A DNA stretch of 35,052 bases from Phycisphaerae bacterium (GTDB taxonomy: Bacteria; Planctomycetota; Phycisphaerae; UBA1845), in NCBI GenBank assembly GCA_029260155.1, contig JAJDDU010000411.1, forward strand, positions 1-35,052, read 5' to 3'. Shown here in pieces: positions 26,355 through 35,052 of this stretch. Both the position numbers and the translations under genes were made by a program. The notes under the pieces are model-generated. The model was not told the DNA's origin. It did no database searches and was given only the letters and a program-made list of their open reading frames with translations. Within the stretch, counting starts at the first letter, position 1. Each line of letters opens with the position of its first letter.

Positions 26355-29300
26355 ATGAGCGGGCCATCACCGATTGCAGTGGTCGGGCTTGGCGGTGTTT
26401 TCCCCGGATCGCCCGACCTCGATACATTTCAACGGAACATTCTCAACAAGACAGACTCTTGCAAAGAGGTTCCGCCTGATCGGTGGATCCTCGACCCGCG
26501 TGATGCGTTTCGAGCGACCCTGTCGCCGGACCATGTTTATTCGACGCGCGGTTGCTTCGTGGAAGACTTCGCGTTTGATCCAGCCGGGTTGCAACTTGAT
26601 GCGGAGATCCTCCGCGGACTTGACCCCTTGTACACATTGGTGCTGCATGCTGGACGTGAAGCGTTTGTGGATGCGGTGACGAACGGTCTCGATCTGCGTC
26701 GCACGGGCGTGGTGCTGGCGGCTATCGCGCTGCCGACGGACGGAGCGTCGGCCATCACACGCGAGGTGCTGGGGGAGAAGTTCGAGCGTGCGCTGCTGGG
26801 CACGTCCAGTGTCAAGAACCTGTCATCACCGCTCAACGCGCGGGTGACGTCTCTTCCTGCGAGCTTGCTGGCCCGCGCGCTGGGCTTGCGTGGCGGCAGT
26901 TGCACGTTGGACGCAGCCTGTGCATCGAGCTTGTACGCCTTGAAGCTTGCATGCGAGGAGCTGCGGGCCCATCGTGCGGACGCGATGCTCGCCGGTGGGG
27001 TTTCGCGGCCTGAGTGCTTGTACACGCAGATGGGGTTCAGCCAACTGCGGGCGTTGTCGCCTTCGGGCGTGTGTCGACCTTTCGACGCTGGCGCGAACGG
27101 GCTCGTCGTGGGCGAGGGTGCGGGCATCGTCATGCTGAAACGGCTGGAGGACGCCGTTGATGCGGGTGATACGATTTACGGCGTGATTCGCGAGATCGGG
27201 CTATCGAACGACGTCGCCGGGAGTCTCCTGGCCGCGGATTCCGAGGGCCAGGTACGGGCAATGCGCGAGGCCTACCGCGCTTGCGGATGGTCGCCTGAAG
27301 ATGTGGACCTCATAGAGTGTCATGGTACTGGCACTCCGTTGGGCGACGCCGTGGAGCTCAGGAGTCTGCGGACGCTGTGGGGCGATGCACCGTTTCGCCC
27401 CGGTCAGTGTGCGATCGGGTCTATTAAATCGAACATCGGCCATCTGCTGACGGCTGCGGGGGCTGCGGGGCTAATCAAGGTCTTGTTGGCCCTGAGGGCG
27501 CGAACGCTTCCGCCGTCGATCCACTTCGAGAAGGCTCCGCGCAGCAGCGAACTGGAATCAAGCCCATTCAGAGTGCAGTGCGAGGCTGCACCGTGGGATC
27601 GACGGGACGCTGAGACGCCTCGGCGGGCGGGGGTGAGCGCTTTTGGGTTCGGTGGGATCAACGGGCATCTGCTGATCGAAGAATGGGAGCCGTCGCGGCG
27701 CAAGACGGCGGGTGAAACCCGCCCCGCGCGTGGGCGCCTTGAATCTGTTCCTGTTGCGATCGTTGGGATGGACGCACGGTTCGGTTCGACGGAGTCGTTG
27801 CGGGCATTTCAGGAGTTGGTGCTGAGCGGCGGATGCGCGAACCATGCGTCCGTTGATTCGGTGTCGGTGGGGCGGGGTGAGTTTCGATTGCCGCCCAATG
27901 AGATCCCAGAAGTGCTCCCGCAGCAGTTGTTGATGTTGAAATCGGTTGCGCGGGCACTGCAAGACACGGGGTTCACGAGGGGCGATCCCGTCGAACGCAC
28001 GGGCGTGGTCGTGGGCATGGGTCTCGATCTGAACACGACGAACTTCCATCACCGCTGGTCGCTGTTGCCGCAAGCGCGGGCGTGGGCACGGGCGATGGGG
28101 TTGGAGCTTACCGAGGATCAACTTGACGAATGGGTGGGTGATCTTCGCGAGCAGTCCGGTCCGGCGCTGACGCCCGGTCGGGTGGTCGGAGCACTGGGCA
28201 ACATCATCGCGAGTCGCATCGCGCGCGAGTTTGCGTTTGGAGGTCCGAGTTTTGCGATCTCCGCGGAGGAAGCGTCGGGCGTTCGGGCGCTGGAGGTTGG
28301 TGTTCGATCGCTACAACGGGGGGAGATGGACGCTGTGGTCGTCGGGGCGGTTGATCTGCCGGGCGATGAGCGGAATCTCTTGGCTACTGGCGCCTTGCGG
28401 GCGTTCTCGGCTCGCGGAGAGGTGCGGCCATTCGACGCGTCGGCGGACGGAATCGTTGTGGGTGAAGGCGTCGCGAGCATTGTGCTGAAGCGTCTGGAAG
28501 ACGCTGTGGCGGCCGGTGATCGGGTCTACTGCGTTGTGCGGGGCATCGGTGTGGCTAGCGGGAGCAACGCGTCGTATGCCGATGGCGAGACGTATCGACT
28601 AGCGCTTGAGCGTGCCTATGAGGATGCTTGCGTGCCGGGCGCGTCAGTCACTTACGTGGAAACGCATGGCAGCGGGGATGGGCGTGAGGACGACGTTGAG
28701 GCGGCTGCGCTGGCGGATTTCTTCGCGGATGGTCCGATCGCGATTGGCTCGGTCAAGTCGACCATCGGGAACACCGGGGCACTGGCGGGGCTTGCTTCGG
28801 TCGTAAAGACTGCCCTCTGTTTGCACAACGAGATGATCCCCCCGCTGGTCGGGCACGGGTTCGCTTCGCCGGAGAATCCCCTTAGGGGTGAGAAGTTCCA
28901 CACGCCGGACGCAGCGCAAGCGTGGCTGCACGACGGGGCCGACGGTCCGCGTCGTGCGGGTGTCAGCGTCATGACGCTGGACGGCATGTGCGCGCACGTC
29001 GTGCTCGAAGGCGCTGCGTGCGAGAACACGGGGCGGCGTCAGCCGTGCGGCGATCGCCCCAAGGGCGTTTTCGGTGTGCGCGGCGCCGATGTGAAAGCGC
29101 TACGCGCCGGGCTCGCGTCGTTGAAGCAGATGACCGCAGGGTCGGGGGACGGTATCGAACGATTGGCTCGACTGTGGTATGGGCGCGATACCGCGAGCGA
29201 AGGCAGCGATACTCTAGCACTCGCCATCGTCGCAGGCGGTTGTGATGAGCTCGCAATCGCGATCACGGATGCGGCGGATGCGCTGCGAGAGCGACCGACG

Positions 29301-32300
29301 GACCCCATCGCCGGCGAGGGTGGGGTGTTCTATTCGCCCAAGCCACTGGGCGGGCGAGGCGAGGTTGCGTTCGTGTTTCCGGGGTCGGGAAATCACTACG
29401 TTGGGATGGGCAGGGGACTCAGCGAGCATTGGCCGGAGGTGCTGCGTTTCCTCGATGGTGAGACGCGATATCTCAAGAGTCAGATGATGCCACACCTGTA
29501 CGCGCCGTGGCGGTTCGGCTGGGACGAAGGGTGGCGGCGCGAAGCGTCGGCGGCGGTTGAGGCTGACCCCGCCGCGATGATCCTGGGGCAGGTGGCGCAC
29601 GGTATCGCAATGAGCGACCTAATGCGCCGACTCGGGATCGAGCCATCGGTGGCCATCGGTTACAGCCTGGGCGAATCGACGGCGCTGTTCGCGTTGCGCG
29701 CCTGGCGGGATCGCGACGAGATGTTCGAGCGCATTCAGACCTCGCCGCTGTTTCGATCAGAGCTCGTCGGCCGATGCGACGCGGCGCGTCGGGCGTGGTC
29801 GCTCTCAGACGATGAGGCTGTGGATTGGCGCGCCGTCGTGGTGAATCGCGGAGCCGACCGCGTGCAGCACGTCGTTTCCCGGATCGATCGCGTCTACCTG
29901 CTGATCGTCAACGCGCCGGATGAATGCGTGATCGGCGGGCAGCGGGCAGCCGTCGATGCGGTCGTCGCCAAACTCGGGTGTGACGCGGTCGAGCTGACAG
30001 GGGCATCGACGGTACATTGTGACGTAGCCCGCGTCGTGGAGGACGAGTATCGCAGTTTGCATCTATTGGTTACGACGCCTCCAGACGGGCTTCGCTTTTA
30101 CAGCGGCGCTCAGGCGACGAGTTTCGCGGTCGATCGGGAGAGCGCAGCCGACGCGATCGTGGCGCAGGCGATAGCCGGTTTCGATTTCCCAGCCACCGTC
30201 GAGCGGGCGTATGCCGACGGCGTTCGCGTGTTCCTCGAGCCGGGTCCGGGCGGATCGTGTGCACGGATGATCGGGAAGATCCTGGCGGGTAGGCCGCACG
30301 TGGCCCGGTCGGCGTGCGTGGCGGGTGAGGATGACCTAACGACGATCCTCGACGTAATGGCGTGCATGTATGCCGAGCGTGTGCTTTGTGACCTCGGTCC
30401 ACTGTACGGCGAGGAAACGCTGGTCCTTGGTCACCGATCGGCTGACGTTTCGCACGGGGGTGGTGATGAGATTGTCGTTTCCGTGCGTCGTCCCGAGCCG
30501 CAGCCGACACTGCCGGCAGTTGTTACGCCCGAGCCCAAACCTGTTGCGACGGAGCCCGTGCAGGAAAGCGCAGAGGTGGAGTTGATGTCGGCCATCGCGC
30601 AAGCCAATACTGCGACGGCGGACGCGCATCAACAGTTTCTGCGACAGAGTCAGCTCGCGCTTGCGGACATGGGCGAGGCGATCGCGCTGCAGGCGCAGCT
30701 GGTCGACGGGCTGAATATCGAGCTCGGAGCGATTGTCGATCGCATTGCGACGGTGGCGGTGCCCGCGTTCAATCGTGACATGTGCTTGGAATTCGCGGTC
30801 GGATCGGTGGCCCGGGTGTTGGGCCCGGAATTCGAGGCGGCTGACACTTATCCCGTTCGCGTTCGTCTGCCGGATGAGCCGCTCATGCTGGTCGATCGGA
30901 TCGTGAGCATCGACGCGGTCAAGGGCAGCATGACAAACGGCAAGATCGTGACCGAACACGATGTGCTGCCCGGTGCGTGGTACCTCGATGGCGATCGTGC
31001 GCCAGTCGCCATCACTGTTGAAGCTGGGCAAGCCGACCTGTTTCTCTGTGCGTATCTCGGGATTGATCTGGCCGTCAAGGGGACGCGCGCGTATCGGCTG
31101 CTCGATGCGACTGTTACATTCCATCGCGGGTTGCCTCAGCCGGGTGATATCGTGCGGTACGACATCCACATAGATCGCTTCGTCAAACAGGGTGAGACGT
31201 ATCTGTTCTTCTTCCGATTCGAGGGGACGATCGATGGTGCGCCGATGCTGACGATGGCTGACGGATGCGCGGGGTTTTTTACTGAGACCGAGATTGCCGA
31301 GTCCGGAGGGATCGTACAGACCGCGGACGAGCGCGCACCGGCCGCGGGAAAGCGGGCGGACGATTGGCGCGACCTTGCGCCCATGGGAGTCGAATCGTAC
31401 GACGAAGCCAAGGTGGATGCGCTGCGCGGAGGTGATCTAGCTGGGTGTTTTGGTGCGGCGTTTGGCTCGTTGGGGTTGGTTGATCCGATACGCATACCCG
31501 GCGGTCCCATGCGCCTGATCGATCGCGTAGTCGAACTCGATCCCAATGGCGGGCGGTTCGGGCTGGGTGTGATCCGCGCTGAGGCCGACATTCGTGGAGA
31601 TGAGTGGTTTCTGACCTGCCACTTTACGGACGACATGGTCATGCCGGGAACACTTATGCATGAGTGCTGCACGCATACCCTGCGCATCTTTCTGATGCGT
31701 ATGGGGTGGGTGACGGAACGCAGCGGCGTGTGCTACGAGCCGATTCCCGGCGTGCCGAGCAAACTCAGTTGCCGTGGGCCGGTGACACCGAGCACCAAGG
31801 TGGTGACCTACGAAGTGCAGATTAAGGAACTGGGTTACAATCCAGAGCCGTATGTGATCGCCGACGCCCTGATGTACGCCGACGGGGAGAAAATCGTGCA
31901 GTTCACGGACATGTCGCTCAAGATGACTGGGGCGACACGGAAGGGAATCGAAGCGTTATGGGACGCTGGAAAGTGCCATGGTGTGACACTTGTCGGTGAT
32001 GCTCCGGTTGCGACCGACGTTGCACCGGCTGTGTTTGACGACGATCGTATTCTGGCGTTCGCCCTGGGCAAGCCGTCGGAGGCGTTCGGCGCGCCGTATC
32101 GCGCGTTCGACAATGATCGCCGCATCGCGCGGCTGCCGGGGCCACCGTACAAGTTCCTGAATCGGATTACGCGCGTCGACGCTGAGGCGTGGAAGCTCGC
32201 GCCGGGCGGGTGGATCGAGGCGCAGTACGACGTGCCGCCAGACGCATGGTATTTCGCGGCCAACCGGCAGCGGTCGATGTCGTTCGGAGTCCTCTTGGAA

Positions 32301-33161
32301 GTCGCGTTGCAGCCTTGCGGCTGGCTGGCGGCGTATCTGGGATCGGCGTTGCGCGGCGACACAGATCTGTCATTCCGCAACCTGGGTGGGTCAGCCATCC
32401 TGCATCGCGAGGTCTTTCCCGAGGCGGGGACTCTGACGACGCGCGTGCGGATAACCAAAGTGTCTGAAGCAGGCGGGATGATCGTCGAAGCGTTCGACAT
32501 GCAGATCTGGCAGGGCGGGGAAATCGTCTACGATGGCGAAACGACGTTCGGGTTCTTCACGGCCGACGCGCTTGCTCAGCAGATCGGCGTTCGCGATGCG
32601 GCCCAACGCCTGTACGAACCAGCCGATGACGAAGTCCGTCGTGGGAAGCGGTTTGCCCTAGAGTCGGTCGCCCCGTTAACGCCGGATGCGTGTGGGGCGC
32701 CGGATTGCAGTGGCATGGCGATGCCGGCGACGGCGTTTCGGATGATCGATGAAATCGACCTGTTTGTGGCGGACGGCGGGCACCACGGGCGTGGGTTCAT
32801 TCGCGGCGTGAAGCGCGTCGACCCTGCGGAATGGTTCTTCACGGCGCACTTCTATCAGGATCCGGTGTGTCCGGGTTCGCTGGGCTTGGAATCGTTCTTG
32901 CAATTACTCAAGGTCGTTGCCAACGATCGATGGGGCACCGAATACGCAACAACCCACCGCTTCGAGCCCATTGTCGTCGGGACGAGACATGAGTGGATCT
33001 ACCGCGGGCAGATCATCCGTACCAACAAACGCATCGAGGTCGAGGCCGTCATCACCCGCATCGACGACGCCCCGCAGCCAACGATCGTTGCCGACGGATT
33101 CCTCAAGGTGGACGGCATCCCGATCTACGAAATGAGAGACTTCGGCATCCGCCTCTGCTGA
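26355..33161 (+). CDS. Fused PfaB/PfaC-like protein: KS-CLF-AT followed by four FabA-like hot-dog domains (two apparently catalytic, two pseudo)
   Basis: KS DAACASS/ECHGTGT/IGHLLTAAG; CLF lacking the catalytic Cys (SAEEASG); AT FPGSG/GYSLGE/TVHC; FabA-like WFLTCHFTDDMVMPGTLM and WFFTAHFYQDPVCPGSLGLE. Confidence 0.9.
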   Translation: MSGPSPIAVVGLGGVFPGSPDLDTFQRNILNKTDSCKEVPPDRWILDPRDAFRATLSPDHVYSTRGCFVEDFAFDPAGLQLDAEILRGLDPLYTLVLHAGREAFVDAVTNGLDLRRTGVVLAAIALPTDGASAITREVLGEKFERALLGTSSVKNLSSPLNARVTSLPASLLARALGLRGGSCTLDAACASSLYALKLACEELRAHRADAMLAGGVSRPECLYTQMGFSQLRALSPSGVCRPFDAGANGLVVGEGAGIVMLKRLEDAVDAGDTIYGVIREIGLSNDVAGSLLAADSEGQVRAMREAYRACGWSPEDVDLIECHGTGTPLGDAVELRSLRTLWGDAPFRPGQCAIGSIKSNIGHLLTAAGAAGLIKVLLALRARTLPPSIHFEKAPRSSELESSPFRVQCEAAPWDRRDAETPRRAGVSAFGFGGINGHLLIEEWEPSRRKTAGETRPARGRLESVPVAIVGMDARFGSTESLRAFQELVLSGGCANHASVDSVSVGRGEFRLPPNEIPEVLPQQLLMLKSVARALQDTGFTRGDPVERTGVVVGMGLDLNTTNFHHRWSLLPQARAWARAMGLELTEDQLDEWVGDLREQSGPALTPGRVVGALGNIIASRIAREFAFGGPSFAISAEEASGVRALEVGVRSLQRGEMDAVVVGAVDLPGDERNLLATGALRAFSARGEVRPFDASADGIVVGEGVASIVLKRLEDAVAAGDRVYCVVRGIGVASGSNASYADGETYRLALERAYEDACVPGASVTYVETHGSGDGREDDVEAAALADFFADGPIAIGSVKSTIGNTGALAGLASVVKTALCLHNEMIPPLVGHGFASPENPLRGEKFHTPDAAQAWLHDGADGPRRAGVSVMTLDGMCAHVVLEGAACENTGRRQPCGDRPKGVFGVRGADVKALRAGLASLKQMTAGSGDGIERLARLWYGRDTASEGSDTLALAIVAGGCDELAIAITDAADALRERPTDPIAGEGGVFYSPKPLGGRGEVAFVFPGSGNHYVGMGRGLSEHWPEVLRFLDGETRYLKSQMMPHLYAPWRFGWDEGWRREASAAVEADPAAMILGQVAHGIAMSDLMRRLGIEPSVAIGYSLGESTALFALRAWRDRDEMFERIQTSPLFRSELVGRCDAARRAWSLSDDEAVDWRAVVVNRGADRVQHVVSRIDRVYLLIVNAPDECVIGGQRAAVDAVVAKLGCDAVELTGASTVHCDVARVVEDEYRSLHLLVTTPPDGLRFYSGAQATSFAVDRESAADAIVAQAIAGFDFPATVERAYADGVRVFLEPGPGGSCARMIGKILAGRPHVARSACVAGEDDLTTILDVMACMYAERVLCDLGPLYGEETLVLGHRSADVSHGGGDEIVVSVRRPEPQPTLPAVVTPEPKPVATEPVQESAEVELMSAIAQANTATADAHQQFLRQSQLALADMGEAIALQAQLVDGLNIELGAIVDRIATVAVPAFNRDMCLEFAVGSVARVLGPEFEAADTYPVRVRLPDEPLMLVDRIVSIDAVKGSMTNGKIVTEHDVLPGAWYLDGDRAPVAITVEAGQADLFLCAYLGIDLAVKGTRAYRLLDATVTFHRGLPQPGDIVRYDIHIDRFVKQGETYLFFFRFEGTIDGAPMLTMADGCAGFFTETEIAESGGIVQTADERAPAAGKRADDWRDLAPMGVESYDEAKVDALRGGDLAGCFGAAFGSLGLVDPIRIPGGPMRLIDRVVELDPNGGRFGLGVIRAEADIRGDEWFLTCHFTDDMVMPGTLMHECCTHTLRIFLMRMGWVTERSGVCYEPIPGVPSKLSCRGPVTPSTKVVTYEVQIKELGYNPEPYVIADALMYADGEKIVQFTDMSLKMTGATRKGIEALWDAGKCHGVTLVGDAPVATDVAPAVFDDDRILAFALGKPSEAFGAPYRAFDNDRRIARLPGPPYKFLNRITRVDAEAWKLAPGGWIEAQYDVPPDAWYFAANRQRSMSFGVLLEVALQPCGWLAAYLGSALRGDTDLSFRNLGGSAILHREVFPEAGTLTTRVRITKVSEAGGMIVEAFDMQIWQGGEIVYDGETTFGFFTADALAQQIGVRDAAQRLYEPADDEVRRGKRFALESVAPLTPDACGAPDCSGMAMPATAFRMIDEIDLFVADGGHHGRGFIRGVKRVDPAEWFFTAHFYQDPVCPGSLGLESFLQLLKVVANDRWGTEYATTHRFEPIVVGTRHEWIYRGQIIRTNKRIEVEAVITRIDDAPQPTIVADGFLKVDGIPIYEMRDFGIRLC

Positions 33162-33171
33162 GTGCTCCTGG

Positions 33172-33747
33172 TCACTGAGGCCCGTCGAACGAACTGACGA
33201 CCGACCGGACCAGCTCGACGTCGGCGGCATTGAGGGGCACTTGTGCGTTCAGCAATCCCACGCAAAACGCGTCGCGATAGTCGAGTCCCACGGCGATGAC
33301 CATGCCCCGCTCGTCGTCGCGGAGCAGAACGCCCTTGAGTGGGCCGAAAGGAGCGGCTTCGAGTTGCGCAGTAGGTCGTCGTCCTCGAATGATGTCGAGG
33401 GCTCTGAAGCCCCATTCCAGTCTTCTGTCCGACGCGATCTTCGCGGCAGACTCGTTGTCTGGGTTCGGGATCGCCCTGACCACCAAGCTCCGCGGCCTGC
33501 GTCCGTGCGCAGGTTCGACAAATTCCACGGCGTATCCGGTCGTGTCTCGGTTGAGGCGATCCCACCCTGCCGGGGGACGAAACCCCATGCTCCAGCCGTC
33601 GGGCGTGATGCGCGGCCCGAGTGAAATCGTCCTCCGGCTCCCTACGGTGAGAATGGCCAGCGCCGTTACGACAGTCAACATCACCAGGGCGCACGATGTT
33701 GGCGAGCCGAGAAGCTTGCGGAACTGGAATCGGTTTTCTGTGTCCAT
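33172..33747 (-). CDS. Hypothetical protein with an N-terminal membrane anchor
   Basis: ORF fills the gap between convergent neighbours; hydrophobic segment CALVMLTVVTALAILTV followed by a soluble domain (FRPPAGW...). Start uncertain (33747 or 33756). Confidence 0.6.
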   Translation of the reverse strand: MDTENRFQFRKLLGSPTSCALVMLTVVTALAILTVGSRRTISLGPRITPDGWSMGFRPPAGWDRLNRDTTGYAVEFVEPAHGRRPRSLVVRAIPNPDNESAAKIASDRRLEWGFRALDIIRGRRPTAQLEAAPFGPLKGVLLRDDERGMVIAVGLDYRDAFCVGLLNAQVPLNAADVELVRSVVSSFDGPQ

Positions 33748-33918
33748 AGGCCACACGGATGCTAGCGTGGGGGCGCGGTCGCGACAACGGTTGACCGTTG
33801 GGGCTGCTGTCCTTACATTGCAATCCGCCGTCGGCCGCGATCCTGGTGTACGACTGTCAAGGAACGAGCGTGACGAGCAGTCCTCCCACGCAGGACGCGG
33901 GTCGGCCGTCGGAATGCG

Positions 33919-34857
33919 TTGGCTCGTTCACGGGTTTTCTTGATGATCGGCGATTTCAAGCCATTCTTTATGCGGGGGTTGGGCGCGCTGGTGCCCACGT
34001 TGGCGACGTTCGCCATCCTCGTGTGGGCCTACCGCTTCATCGACGAGAACTTCGCCAGGTACATCACGCGGGGCATGGTCGCGGTTTACGCCCTCAAGGG
34101 CGAGCCTCATCACTGGCTGGGGATCGACGAGGAAGATGCCCTCGTCTTGGGCGACCCGGTGAACGAGTGGGACGAGAAGACAGGCCGCCGCCTCACCGCC
34201 CAGTACAAGACGATGATCGCGCAGCCCCGGCTGGGAGAATCGGCGACAAAGGACGAGGAGACGGCTGCGGGGATCGTTCTGAAGGACGCACGGTCGGCGG
34301 CCATGTGGGAGTTGGCCACGCGAAAGTGGCGATTCTTCAACGCGATCGGCTTCCTGATCGCGATCCTGCTGATTTACTTCATGGGATATTTCCTGGCCAG
34401 CTTGATCGGGCGAACGACGTGGCGCGTGGTCGAGCGGGTGATTCGGCGTATCCCGCTGATCGGGACCATCTATCCGAATATCAAACAGGTGACGGATTTC
34501 TTCATCTCGGATCGCAAAGTTGAGTTTTCAAGCGTGGTCGCGGTACAGTATCCCCGCAAGGGGGTCTGGTCGCTCGGTTTGGTGACCGGGGTCCCGTTGC
34601 GACAGATTGGCGCAGGCGACCCGCGTGCGCTCATCACCGTGTTCATTCCGAGTTCGCCGACGCCGGTGACCGGGTATACTATTACCGTCGCACGTGACGA
34701 CGCGCTCGAGTTGCCTATGACAATTGACGATGCGCTGAGGTACACGATTAGTGCGGGGATGATCAAACCGGACGGCCCGCCGGAGATTTCCGGCGATGCT
34801 GCCGAACTGCTGATAGCGGGCAAAACTCGCCGCGACACCGTGGAGGGTGCGCGGTGA
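33919..34857 (+). CDS. DUF502 family membrane protein
   Basis: FFMRGLGALVP..T, RIPLIGTIYPNIKQV, VQYPRKGVWSLGLVTG and VFIPSSPTPVTGY. Start may be ATG 33943. Confidence 0.85.
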   Translation: MARSRVFLMIGDFKPFFMRGLGALVPTLATFAILVWAYRFIDENFARYITRGMVAVYALKGEPHHWLGIDEEDALVLGDPVNEWDEKTGRRLTAQYKTMIAQPRLGESATKDEETAAGIVLKDARSAAMWELATRKWRFFNAIGFLIAILLIYFMGYFLASLIGRTTWRVVERVIRRIPLIGTIYPNIKQVTDFFISDRKVEFSSVVAVQYPRKGVWSLGLVTGVPLRQIGAGDPRALITVFIPSSPTPVTGYTITVARDDALELPMTIDDALRYTISAGMIKPDGPPEISGDAAELLIAGKTRRDTVEGAR

Positions 34858-34880
34858 TTAATGACTAAAGGAGGTTGGCT

Positions 34881-35052
34881 GTGCAGATTACGGTGACCGG
34901 AAAGCACGTTGAAGTCCCTGACGACGTCAAGGACTATGCACGGGAGAAATCCGAGAAGCTGCTGCGATTCTACGACCGCATCCAGGCCATAAAGGTGGTC
35001 GTGGGCTGCGAGGGTGATGAAATGGCGATCGAGATGATCGTCGATGTCGAGG
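34881..35052 (+). CDS. hpf: Ribosome hibernation promoting factor (HPF/RaiA), runs off the right edge (3' partial)
   Basis: Not in the ORF track. Strong RBS AAGGAGGT, then GTG: MQITVTGKHVEVPDDVKDYAREKSEKLLRFYDRIQAIKVVV, the HPF N-terminal signature. Confidence 0.88.
   Translation, partial: MQITVTGKHVEVPDDVKDYAREKSEKLLRFYDRIQAIKVVVGCEGDEMAIEMIVDVE

Noticed and set aside
33153-33200. pfaBC ending in Cys-TGA as a possible second Sec readthrough
   Set aside because: The DH domain is complete at this point, no convincing SECIS follows, and readthrough would run into the convergent gene.

Overview
GC-rich, gene-dense bacterial chromosomal window. Gene style and content suggest a Planctomycetota-like organism, which is an inference. 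From left to right: a minus-strand trio (partial serine O-acetyltransferase, UPF0173 metallo-beta-lactamase-fold hydrolase, and a 77-aa SelW/Rdx-type selenoprotein with an in-frame TGA and a SECIS-like hairpin, missing from the ORF track). Then a divergent secreted DUF1573 + double-thioredoxin protein, a hairpin-dense spacer containing a perfect 32-bp inverted repeat, tRNA-Gln(CTG), and ppdK with a 91-aa histone-H1-like basic tail. Next come a TPR/beta-barrel protein, pepP-NYN, a CBS-korA-korB-(Zn-ribbon)CBS operon and a secreted hypothetical. A ~15.5-kb ispH-pfaD-pfaA-pfaBC block follows: a PUFA-synthase-like iterative PKS with a single ACP, no AGPAT domain and no local PPTase. The window ends with a membrane hypothetical, DUF502 and a partial hpf/raiA. 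No mobile elements or CRISPR arrays were seen. All calls come from motif reading without database searches.
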